Made by a program: the position numbers and the translations under genes. From NCBI GenBank assembly GCA_002633005.1, contig NMRA01001018.1, forward strand, positions 35,997 through 69,462: a stretch of 33,466 nucleotides of DNA, given 5' to 3'. Below, one piece after another: positions 22,749 to 33,466 of the stretch (within the stretch, counting starts at the first letter, position 1; every line of letters begins with the position of its first letter). The notes beneath the pieces are model-generated. The model was not told where the DNA came from and did not search any database. It saw nothing but the letters and a program-made list of their open reading frames with translations. The DNA is from Phoronis australis. Its lineage: Eukaryota; Animalia; Phoronida.

Positions 22749-23845
22749 CTACCACGAGGAAACATAACATTAAAGCTGGAGTGTACTCACATAATGTGCA
22801 ATTGTTTATTGTCCATCAAAGATAACAGAACATTCCGTTGAGAAGGACTACATGTGCACAGAATTTAATTCCCTCCTCCATATCATGCACACACAATTAG
22901 AAAATTGTCCTCTTTGTTTTTGAAGGTAGAATTTTTGGAAATAAAGTTTGTTAGAGCCTGGACAGAGATTTCTTGTTTCAACTTCAAAAGATCATTACCA
23001 GCAGGGCTNNNNNNNNNNNNNNNNNNNNNNNNNNNNNNNNNNNNNNNNNNNNNNNNNNNNNNNNNNNNNNNNNNNNNNNNNNNNNNNNNNNNNNNNNNNN
23101 NNNNNNNNNNNNNNNNNNNNNNNNNNNNNNNNNNNNNNNNNNNNNNNNNNNNNNNNNNNNNNNNNNNNNNNNNNNNNNNNNNNNNNNNNNNNNNNNNNNN
23201 NNNNNNNNNNNNNNNNNNNNNNNNNNNNNNNNNNNNNNNNNNNNNNNNNNNNNNNNNNNNNNNNNNNNNNNNNNNNNNNNNNNNNNNNNNNNNNNNNNNN
23301 NNNNNNNNNNNNNNNNNNNNNNNNNNNNNNNNNNNNNNNNNNNNNNNNNNNNNNNNNNNNNNNNNNNNNNNNNNNNNNNNNNNNNNNNNNNNNNNNNNNN
23401 NNNNNNNNNNNNNNNNNNNNNNNNNNNNNNNNNNNNNNNNNNNNNNNNNNNNNNNNNNNNNNNNNNNNNNNNNNNNNNNNNNNNNNNNNNNNNNNNNNNN
23501 NNNNNNNNNNNNNNNNNNNNNNNNNNNNNNNNNNNNNNNNNNNNNNNNNNNNNNNNNNNNNNNNNNNNNNNNNNNNNNNNNNNNNNNNNNNNNNNNNNNN
23601 NNNNNNNNNNNNNNNNNNNNNNNNNNNNNNNNNNNNNNNNNNNNNNNNNNNNNNNNNNNNNNNNNNNNNNNNNNNNNNNNNNNNCAGTAGTAAGCTGTAA
23701 TACTATTTTGGCCCATGGACAAATGTGTTCAGGAATGCAATAAAGGCTAGGTTGAAAAAATAACGATGATAAAGTGGAAATTATGAAGTAATACTATGGC
23801 AACATTTCAACAACAGGCACGGCTTTATCAATTTGTTTTACATAC

Positions 23846-23952
23846 CTTATCTACATGTGTACAGTTGCGAATACCAAAGGCTATTGTAAATGCATCGTAA
23901 GTGTTGTCATCTACAGGCAACTCTTCAGCATTACCAAGCAACCATGAAATAC
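23846..23952 (-). CDS. COQ5: COQ5 internal exon
   Basis: gacag|GT ... AAG|gtatgt; GISWLLGNAEELPVDDNTYDAFTIAFGIRNCTHVDK contains the AEELP...TIAFGIRN UbiE/COQ5 signature. Confidence 0.97.
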
Positions 23953-24471
23953 CTGTCAAGTCATACAACAGAATGTCACTGAACACCACTCCTGCAATAT
24001 TTACGCCAACAAAAGTCAAAGTACAATTATATCATTTTGTTTAGGGCACCCTAATCATTTAGAGTCTAGTGCAGCAACTAGCAACTTTATCTAGTGTTAG
24101 ATCACAAAACCAATCTCTTTCAACTAAACTGACATATAGCTTTCAGACACAAAAAATGATTTTTCCACAAATTCCAATTTACCGAGTTCAATCATAAACA
24201 CCAAAGATCTGTTAGTTGAATCATAAACAGCAATTGAGACCAAGTTATAGCATAATATGCGCTTATTCAAATGTTAGTGTTAGACAACAATTGAAAATGG
24301 CAGACGCATTGGGACTTACTGTCGCTGAATCTCTCTGGTTATCTATGATCTGGATTAAAACATTTTTAAAAACTCAGCAAAATGTATCACCCCTATTACT
24401 GTAAACATTAATTTTCACTCTGTGTAAACACAACAAAAGTTGATAAACCAGGTGGAAACTTTAAACAAAAC

Positions 24472-24741
24472 CTTTTGTGTAACCCATATCTAACGCCTTT
24501 TCTTTTCCTACATCCAGCATGGCTTGGTTGATATCACACACAGTCACATGAGATCCAAAATGTTCTAACTGATCAGCAACATCAGCCCTAGACAACAGTG
24601 GACTAATAGTATCATCATTGCCAGAGTCCTCACTCTGCGACATGTTATACAGCTGTTCATCTGAGAAGATAGTTGACTGTTCACTTTTTGTCTTGCTGGA
24701 AACTGTCTGAGAATATTTCAGAAACCTGAACGCTATGTCGC
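24472..24741 (-). CDS. COQ5: COQ5 internal exon with acidic/Ser-rich insertion
   Basis: ttccag|GC ... AAAG|gttttg; GDIAFRFLKYSQTVSSKTKSEQSTIFSDEQLYNMSQSEDSGNDDTISPLLSRADVADQLEHFGSHVTVCDINQAMLDVGKEKALDMGYTK; 270 bp, open, phase 1 at both ends. Confidence 0.95.
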
Positions 24742-25015
24742 CTGGAATTAAAAACCAATAAAATAAGCATGATGAATTAATAATGAACTAATTACAACAA
24801 TTTGGAAAACATTTCTGTGGCTTTGGGTAAATGTTATTGTGAAGTCAAGTTGCAGTTGTTCAAAAGTAACCATTCACCATAATACTAAAACATTACTAGA
24901 TGGCAAAATGGAATTTCTATCACCTCACCTTTTAAAACAGTGCATAAATTTCATGCACTAAACCGAGAAGGGCTGCGTAGACAGATAAAACTATTTGATG
25001 ACTAAAATCTATTGA

Positions 25016-26754
25016 GGGCTGTTCCAGCAAAAAATGTGAGGAGGGAGGGCACTTTTATTTCGTACTCACCGCCCATATTTTTCATTTATTTCTCCAACCC
25101 ACGACACATAATTTTCAATTAGGTTAAAATATAAAATCCAACACTTGCAAACAAATTGCCTCCAGGATGACCTGTTAAGAACTTAAGATGATCGACATAC
25201 AAGAACTAGTTGTCTTGTCCAATATTGCCAAAAACTAAAATAGCAAAGAGGCTGGTTGAATCAAAACGCATCCATCCCAGCTATATATTTTTGAGCCAAA
25301 TTTCAATCAGTTGTGCCTAGCACTTTTTGAGATAACCAAACTATCTTGTCAAAGACTAAAATGCCCCACAGAAGGGGCTACAATAGCCAAATCTGTCCAA
25401 AAATCGACTGGTGCCAGCGCATACCAGCCATCTATCTCTATGCCAAATGTCATCAAGATCCGTCAAGCGGTTTCAAAGTAACTGGCAGTGCTGGCGCATC
25501 CACGCCGATTACCTCTCTACCGAATTTGATTATGATCGCCAAGCGGACAAAAAAAGAAAATGAAAGATGGACCCGTAATTTTTAATTAGGTTGAAATATA
25601 AAACGCTGTTTTTAAGATAATCAACCTGTTTTTGTCAAAAACTAAAATGGCCAACAGGGAGTGCTATGGGAGTCAAATCTATCCGAAAATCGATTGTTGC
25701 TGGTGCATGCCAACCATCTATCTCATTGCCAAATGTCATAATGATCCATTAAGCGGTTTCAAGATAATCGACGGACAAGCAATGACTTGAGCAGTCAAAA
25801 ACTAACGGGGTGTCACAATAGTTGGATCTTGACTGGTGCCGGCACACTCTTGTGATATACGGCACACTCTTGTGATATACTTCTACTTCGAATTTCATCA
25901 TGATCAGTGAAGCAGTTTTGAGATAATCAACATACAAGGAATGGCTTGTCGAAAACTAAAGCAGTCAACATGGCGTACCAAGGTTGCCAAATCCGCCCGG
26001 AAATCGACTGGTGCAGGCACATCCTTGCCAAGTACCTCTATACCAAATTTCATAATGATCCACCAAGCGGTTCTTGGGATAATTGATGGACAGGAAACGA
26101 TGACAGAGTGCAGAAAAATTCCACGTGAGATCACAACTCATATTAGTTACCACAAACATGCTTTTCAAAGACACTTGTGAGAAATACTTTTGGCAGCCAC
26201 CAGGTGTCTCTGTAATTTCAATAAGATTTTTTTTAATTTCATGGATCTATGAATCTTGAACCGTCTCCACGAACGCTTTTAGACTGCTATGTCAAGTGAA
26301 TATTGGAACTTGTCTGACTCCTCATACTTTTTATTTAAAAATCATCAATTTTCTTATATGTGTCAACACCAGTTTAGTGTTGCAGAAATTTTCATTCTAA
26401 TGGGGCTGCAGCACAACAAATGCTTGCAATCAAGTTGCCCATGACTTGATTAATGGCATAGTGTACATATTGCACTCTATACACTAGCACCATGGGTTTG
26501 TTTTATGATTTGTGATATGTTAGCGTATTTGTCAAGTGAATTTTTGGAGAGTTTTGATTTCGTTTGAGACGTGTTTGGCTGAAAATACCAACCTGTCAAC
26601 ATTTACAGGTCAAAAACTTCCACCCAGTTTTAATGCTTTACTGCTGACAAGAACGACCACCCATAATTTTGTGTTCTTTTCTGAAGACCACCACCCATGA
26701 ATTTTTATATCAACTGCCTCCCCCCCTCCCATTGGGATTTTGCTGGAACAGCCC
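25016..26754. mobile_element. PIF/Harbinger-like non-autonomous element with 17-bp TIRs and TGA target duplication, containing nested repeats
   Basis: TGA|GGGCTGTTCCAGCAAAA ... TTTTGCTGGAACAGCCC|TGA; subterminal GAGGGAGGGCA / TGCCTCCCCCCCTCCC. Confidence 0.85.
25230..26095. repeat. Nested diverged subunits (AAAACTAAAATG...AAATCGACTGGTGC...CCAAAT(G/T)TCAT...AAGCGGTT), including a perfect 20-bp duplication at 25841-25880
   Basis: Subunits near 25348, 25634, 25793, 25947; GGCACACTCTTGTGATATAC occurs twice in tandem. Confidence 0.65.
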
Positions 26755-27329
26755 TGATCATTACTAAGAATAATGTAACAACTTGACTTTGAATTATTGG
26801 GGGATTAATGATTTCTTTCAACAAATTCGGACATTTTGCACTTTTAGCACCAGTTCAATACACTTGGTCCTCACAGCAAGTACACTGACATTCCAAAACA
26901 TACATACATTTGTAATTCAGGTCAAGCTTGAAATTTTGTTAGTGAGAACATTGATACAATGGTTTAAGGTGTCATAACACACCTTCACTCTAAAAACAAA
27001 ATTTTAATTTAGACCTTTCACAATAGTAAAACTAGTCCTTACACAAATTAGAAGGGATTTCTGAGCTTGAGAAGACTAATAGTCAATTTATGGTTGTTGG
27101 AAATCAGGATCAATAACATGGCTTGATCCATAAACAATATGGCATCGTCAAAATGCTACATTGAGTATTGGTTACCACATTGGCAAAATTATGCTTGCGG
27201 TGTACACAAAAACGCAGCAGGTGAAGCCAACCTTTTGAGCTTTGTCTCAAGTAACTAACAAATTGCAAGTTATTTTCAAGCCCAGAAATAACTTCGAAAT
27301 TCAGTAATTCAAAAATTTTCAGATCAAAT

Positions 27330-27603
27330 CATGGTAAAAACAGGCCAGTGAAAAATTTATTATTTTGCTCACGATAGCAGCTTGTCCTAATTTCTAGAAA
27401 TAGTCAACATTTTCTGTTCAAAATTTAAGAATCACTGGAAAGATAGCAAAATTACCAACTCCATAGATTGAAAACACACTATTCGAAATTTGAGAAATAT
27501 GGTTAACGCCAATTTCCAGAGTCAAATTATAAAATTCGATAGTGACAGGAGTTTCCGTGCTCAAAATTCTAGAGATTGTCCTAAATTGGAGAATATTTAC
27601 CAT
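27330..27603 (-). mobile_element. Diverged second copy of the 7479-7758 MITE family, opposite orientation
   Basis: CAGTGAAAAATT, AGCTTGTCCTAA, AATCACTGG, GAAATTTGAGAAATATGGT and GGAGTTTC are co-linear with the reverse complement of 7480-7735. Confidence 0.7.
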
Positions 27604-27805
27604 TTTTATGGCAATTTCAAATTCATGTATTTCAACATTTGAGGCCTTGTTACATAAAATTTACAGGATAACGCTGAGCAGCTTTTTCCTGAGAGCAGTG
27701 ACGTGAAATACAAATTTCATTAGATTAATCTGATTATGGCAAATGATCAACAAAAAATATTATTTAACTGATGAACAGTTCATAACAGACTTAATCAAAA
27801 TGCTA

Positions 27806-28018
<213 letters not shown>

Positions 28019-28199
28019 TTAGAAAGTAATATGAAGGCTTACAACTACTAACTCTGAAGCTACATGGACTACATGGTTACGACTTTTTTTGAAAGTGACT
28101 GTGAGTATCAAACTGTACCTCTTGCTTTTCTTTAATTCATTAAGAAACCATTGATGTTTAGTACGTTTGTTGTAGATTTATGTATTTTTACTTGGTGAA

Positions 28200-29560
28200 A
28201 TAAATTTCGCCAAGTATGTTGCTCTTCCACTAAGTTTGTTTTTTTTTGTTTGTTCGCACGATACAGGTCGCAATTTTCGTCCGATCATCACGAAATTTAC
28301 ACATAACACGTACTTCTGGAAGTACTGGAAGCCTATTGTTTTTCATCAAAATCGGATCCAAGATGGCGGCTGTGGCGGCCATTTTGTTTTCATTTAAAGG
28401 TTCAAATGCTTCTGGAGGCTACAATTTTTTACGTAAAAGGCTAAGAATCGGCACAGTAAATGGACCGGATGTTTTCTATAAGTATACCGGAAATTGTTTA
28501 CTTCCGGTTAAAGATGGCGGAAATATCGGCATACGCACCTCGATTTTGACCTAAAAATGTTTTCTCCTGTAGAGGGCGCATTTTAAGACCAATTCCTTCG
28601 AATTTTTACAGGTATTAGTTTCTTATGACATGCTATTATACAAAGCCAAAAAACCGGAAGTTGCTTTCAAGATGGCGGATCTGGCGCATGTTGACCCATT
28701 TTCAGTCGTGCTGGAGTGCGATTTTAAATGGGAAGAGGATTCTTTGAAGTATAATCTTTCCAATGGCCTGGAACAATTTTTTTCTAAGACTTACCGTTTT
28801 CGAGTTATTTGACTTTGAATTTCTTAAGAAAATCGCAAAATTTCATTTTTTTCGAAAAATTTACGGAATTAGGCGATACCATCAGTTTAGATAGAATTTT
28901 GAACAGGCTTTCAGAAGATGTTTTCCATTTTTCGCTAGGACGTCTACTTTTCGAGTTATTTGAGATTTTCTGATAACGCTCTTCCTTTGTTGAGCGCTCT
29001 TGCTGCATTGATGTTGGTTTATCTTCTATACTGTAGCCTATTTCTTATTGATTTATGACATCTAAGTTCGTCATATGAATGTTGTGATGTTGTTCATCAT
29101 CGCCACCACCATCATCATATTCGTCATCATCGTCATCATCTTCATCATCTTCATCATCATCTCCGCCGTTGTCTTTTCCGTTGATTTCGCCAAGTGTCGC
29201 TCAAGACTGTAGCCTTTTTCTTACTGATTTCGGACTTCTACATTCGTCATGCGTATGTTATTATTACTTCTTTTGTTCATTCTCGCCACCATCGTCATCA
29301 TATTCGTCATCTTCGTCATTATCTTTATCGTCATCTTTTTGGTTAATTTCGCCAAGTTTCGCTCCTCGGAGTGCTTTCATTTATATATCCTTCATGACTT
29401 GTCTGTTAAGAGCGGGAGACCAACGGCAAAGGTGCCTATGGGTTATATGTGAAATAACAGCCAAAGGTCACATGATCACATAGGTTAAGACAAAACATCA
29501 TGTTATCACTATGAAAAATGGTGGAGAGCTGTGGAAGCCGCCATTACACTCTTTGCATAG
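28200..29560 (+). mobile_element. Helentron/DINE-1-like non-autonomous element (candidate)
   Basis: Short subterminal inverted pair GCTCTTCCAC (28221-28230) / GTGGAGAGC (29521-29529), 3' hairpin AATGGTGG...CCGCCATT, repeated AAGATGGCGG, internal TCA/TCG microsatellite. Classification is inference. Confidence 0.45.
29090..29340 (+). repeat. (TCA/TCG/TCT)n imperfect trinucleotide microsatellite in two diverged subunits
   Basis: TCGCCACCA..ATCATCATATTCGTCATC blocks near 29100 and 29283, each followed by ATTTCGCCAAGT. Confidence 0.8.
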
Positions 29561-30260
29561 TTAATTTTAAGTATGGTTTGCAAATGGACTCTGCGATCAG
29601 CACTTCGCCTAAGATGAACTTACATGTTGCCAGTGAAGTTGTATCTCATGGCTCCTGAAATCATGTCATGTCGAGATGATAAAGCATAAAGACTTAACAT
29701 AATCAGCTAAATCACAATCAAGGTCCATATTCGAGAGTTGACTGTGTTACGGTCTAAAATAATTTTTTGGTCACTTACTAAATGCCAACTGAATCTCACA
29801 TGCAAAGAGTTATTTAGTTGTGCAAATTAAAAAAAGAATCATCAAAATTGGACAATGTTTGAGAAATTTATGCATGTTTTTTGTCTATGAATTTCATGCA
29901 TTTTTAGCGTTACGAGTGGCCATTTTAAAAATTAAAATTTTCAATTGTCAACAGTAGAAAAGAAATTTATGTTATCAAGTAAGCAATTGCTTAGGTATGA
30001 CTGGGAATAACTTGAGTCACTTTTAGAATCACTAAGATGAACTTGTGCTACACTCGTTACGAAATTTGTAAATTCTGTGTTTCTAACCCTCACCTACTGT
30101 AAAGAAGGTTAAAAACTAAAGTTCACACTCTGTCATAAAAAGAACTGCAGAATATGTTAGCCTAGGCAACACAGCAAATTATTCAATATCTAAATAAACC
30201 AAAAGTTTGGATATTGACTGGGTTTTTCTATGTTGAAAATGGGCCAAAAAGGCTAACAAA

Positions 30261-31089
30261 ATGTAGTGTACGTACCCCCATGTGGAATTCAGTAACACAA
30301 ATGGTCATTGCAAATGAAATTATTGCCTTTAATAACAACATGGTGCTTGTTATCACCAAAAAAATAATTGGCCATACAACATTATGTTACCACGTGATGC
30401 AGAAACAGTGATGTAGTGTATGTACCCCCCCCCCTTGTAGCGTACGTACCCCCCCTTGTAGTGTACGTACCCCCCATGTTTACAAATGCCATGACATTAA
30501 AATATCACTTGGTATGTGAGCAACACTAGTCATAGACAGTTTCCTTCCTCAAAAATGTAAGGTTAAAAGGGTGTTTATTACAATTACATTTGTTTTGAGT
30601 GCAATATTAGCATTTGTGTAGAGTACGTACCCCTATATTTTAATTTGTGCTTATTTTCAAAATACGGCAGATATGCACATGAATGTTGTACTTTTTATTT
30701 TTTGTCTTTGAATTGATTTAGTAAATCAACTAACTCTCAGTAGATTCTTAGTATTTAGTTGCAAACCTGACATGTCATTGAAATGTAGTGTACATACCCC
30801 TGTGTATTGTACGTCCCCCGGTGTGAACAAATGCCACAAAAAATATTACACGTTAAGTAAGCAACATTTGTCACAGACAGTTTCCTCCATTAAAAATGCT
30901 ACGGTAGGTTAAAAGGGTGTTAATTACAAATACATTTGTTTTGAGTGAAATATTAGCATTTGTGTAGTGTACGTACTCCTATATTTTAACATGTGCCTGT
31001 TTTCAAAGAATGACAGACAGATATGCACATGTATGCTGTACTTTTTAATTGTTCTCTTTAAATAGATTTGGTAAATGATCTAACTCTCA
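30261..31089 (+). repeat. GTAGTGTACGTACCCC motif array including a diverged ~345-370 bp tandem duplication
   Basis: Motif near 30261, 30413, 30436, 30457, 30618, 30784, 30805, 30963 (and 31610); ~30413-30760 aligns with ~30784-31089. Confidence 0.8.
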
Positions 31090-31090
31090 N

Positions 31091-31230
31091 CACGATGACG
31101 TCCCACACTCTCGTTCGGCGCACGAAGTCATGCCACTTCTGTACAACTTTGGTGTCCTTCGGAACACCGAGACGTTTTCCGCCTGGCTGCTGTTGCTGCA
31201 GCCTCCGGAAACACATCTTTTGATCCCTCT
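31091..31230 (-). pseudogene. Frameshifted N-terminal THAP (C2CH zinc finger) fragment
   Basis: KRCVSGGCSNSSQAENVSVF, then after a frameshift near 31160 PKDTKVVQKWHDFVRRTRVW: fits THAP C-x4-C-SN...F.FP.D.....W...V.R..W; truncated at n31090. Confidence 0.75.
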
Positions 31231-32555
31231 ACGAACCTTCTCGACGCTAAATGTACTTTGCATTCTCTTCACTCTATACACTTTGTCCCTGATCCGAACG
31301 GTATGGCGAACGACCTGAGTTCAACCCATGACGTTGTACATAATTATTTTTTTTTTCAATTTTTGCGTGTTTCTTTATGATCTGTGCACTAAAGGCACTG
31401 AAATCAAGTAAGACATAATAATAAAATTTATTTTGAGGTACTAGAGTCATGTTGTGTACACTTTAACATCCTAGAAGACACGTCATGTGACAACTGATGT
31501 TGCAGAGGCAGGTTCTCTATCTCTCAAGACAACTTGCAACAAACCAACAAAACTCGAGACCATCCCATACATTTGTAACTTAGTCAAAATTTGAAGTCGA
31601 TTGACTGTGCGTAGTGTACGTACCCCCCAACCAGTACTATTTTTTACTGTTTACAAGTGGAACACTGGGCCTAGCATTGCTTTAACTATTTTGACCAACT
31701 GATGAATGTATTGAAAACTAGGCAAGTTTTTTAAAAAGTAGTTACTTGTCATTTTCTTTTCGCAAGAATCCTATTGTAAGAGAGGAAGTTCTCATTATAC
31801 GATACGCAATGTATCATCATCTAGAACAACTTGATCAGCACGGTAACAATTTTTCTTACTTTAGTATGTGATACTTCTTCAATTTGATCAAGAACTTGTC
31901 AAATTACCAGCTACCTTATGAATTTTTGCATGGCAGAAGTTGGCTGTGACCACAAGTTATAGTGTACCCTTTTGTACAACTGTGATGCATTAGGCCATAA
32001 AATTTTATTCGGTGGTTCTTGTGCAAAAATATTTTAGATTACAAACCTGTAATGATGGTACTTTAAAATAACCCAGCTTTTACAGTTATATGACAACCTT
32101 CATTTTTCACCAAAAGTGGCCACCGAATATGGACCTTGATTGTGATTTGTCAAAATACTCCAAATATCAAGCGTAGATAGGAACAAAAATGGAAAATAAA
32201 GGGGCCAGCGGTTAATTGCTGACCCGTTAACTCGACTGTCAGACTATAACTGAACTGATGCTGAACATTCAATTTGCCCATGCTTAACATAAGAAGTATC
32301 CAAAAGTTAAAGGGTAATTACCCCAAAATAGCCAAAGCTCATTCTGGAGATCGTAGTTTTCTTTATTTTTAGATACATGTAATTTCCATAGGCTATAAGA
32401 CCAACCACGAGGAGGCCTCTTTGTGACAAGAGTTGGACAGTGTTAAAATGTTTAAAACATTGAATACAGACAAACAACAAACACCCTCTGGTTGACATGC
32501 TGTTAATTCAGTGTTATTGCACATGTAGAAGTGGTGGACTAGTAGTCACTGACTA

Positions 32556-32665
32556 GGTCAAAGTAAGGAGTGTAGTAGTACACTCCTTGGTCAAAGCAAG
32601 GAGTGTAGTAGTACACTCCTTGGTTAAAGTAAGGCGTGTAGTAGTACACTCCTTGGTCAAAGTAA
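32556..32665. repeat. 33-bp tandem repeat (3.3 copies), each unit containing a 10-bp hairpin
   Basis: GGTCAAAGT AAGGAGTGTA GTAG TACACTCCTT at 32556, 32589, 32622, partial at 32655. Confidence 0.9.
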
Positions 32666-32836
32666 CATTTTATGGAAAAAAATCATAGGTTCGTCTCTAT
32701 ATGGTAAAAATCTTGCACCAATTATATTGGCGAGTTGTATACTTTAAAAGCAATTTTATTTATTACCTAACAGCATATTTGTAATACCGAACTTGTCACC
32801 CTGAAAATGGTCACAGTCACAGTTTTTAATAGCCTT

Positions 32837-32878
32837 GGTGCAAAGCTGTATATATATATAAATATACAGCTTTGCACC
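32837..32878. repeat. Perfect 17-bp inverted repeat with AT loop
   Basis: GGTGCAAAGCTGTATAT - 8 nt - ATATACAGCTTTGCACC. Confidence 0.9.
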
Positions 32879-33466
32879 GATGTGGGTAAAAAAGTGGTAA
32901 GATAAAATGTGACACAAAATTAGTGTCATTTAAAACTACAGTCTTCATTTAGTAATTAAATTATTTAACGGTATTGGGAAAAATGGCGTTTTACCGTTAA
33001 TCTGCTGCTAAAGTTGTGGAGCGATCTTTGGCGACGGCTGTCAGCACCATGAAATATTGCGTCACCTAATAGCCAGTTTCTCTTTTCGCCGATTCTTAAA
33101 TCAGCTGCTCTCCTTTCACGCGGTTGCGTACATGACACAACAAACTATCGGAACTGGTTTCACTTCATTATAAGTTTTTAGAATTTTGATACCGAAAACT
33201 GAATTTCAGAAGAAATTTTGCTGCCGCCAAGCTATCATCATCTCCCGAGAGATGTCGCAAAAATTTAGGAAATGGCGCGTGCGCGTGACACGAGCGCACT
33301 GTTTTCAAAACGACGACATACTTTTCATTGTTAGAAAAGGCAGAGTTACGCAAGAAAATGACATTTATTGCATTGTTTTTCACTTAAACGGCTGTAACGA
33401 GCAAGGTGGGTGTCGGTTGGCTCCCAGATTTTGCATGCACACCGTCCGGTCTTTAGCTTTACATGT

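Larger units (their letters stand above)
29709..32148. mobile_element. TIR DNA transposon relic with perfect 25-bp inverted termini, carrying a THAP fragment
   Basis: AAATCACAATCAAGGTCCATATTCG (29709-29733) and its exact reverse complement (32124-32148); internal GTAGTGTACGTACCCC motif on both sides of the n31090 join. Confidence 0.8.

Noticed and set aside
22883-23743. Long ORFs of 250-279 aa
   Set aside because: N-gap artefacts.
28110-28170. Candidate COQ5 exon 1 donor (AAGCAAGAG|gtacag on minus)
   Set aside because: The required phase-1 frame has a stop a few codons upstream and no THFGF-type motif is present.
29169-29483. Hydrophobic or Ser-rich ORFs
   Set aside because: Translations of the TCA/TCG microsatellite.
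32556-32665. CRISPR-like array of palindromic repeats
   Set aside because: Linkers are 9 bp and nearly identical rather than unique spacers; eukaryotic intron context; no cas genes.

Overview
AT-rich, intron-containing metazoan genomic DNA (invertebrate-like; species cannot be determined from sequence alone) from a draft assembly with two N gaps (16637-17489, 23009-23684) and three single-N joins (5644, 8440, 31090). Two convergent spliced genes are present, both lacking their first exon in this window. On + is an SRSF1/SRSF9-family SR splicing factor (coding exons 1117-1340, 7130-7302, and 8144-8281 or its near-identical copy 9012-9146). On - is COQ5, the ubiquinone C-methyltransferase (coding exons 27808-27957, 24472-24741, 23846-23952, 22663-22748, 20126-20237, and 19039-19140 or its copy 16058-16159). 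Three near-identical tandem duplications abut N joins and are best read as uncollapsed haplotypes. Introns and spacer hold many DNA-transposon relics (a hAT element with a transposase C-terminus, a THAP-bearing TIR element, pogo- and Harbinger-like MITEs, Helentron-like elements) and a tRNA-derived SINE head. The most notable unexplained signals are a strand-biased GGAT cluster with a candidate splice acceptor downstream of the SR-gene stop (possible autoregulation), a diverged 7-unit ~144-bp array between the genes, SRSF1/9-COQ5 linkage as in human, and a tandem hairpin array near 32.6 kb. I do not see a demonstrably new protein-coding system; almost all listed short ORFs are spurious.
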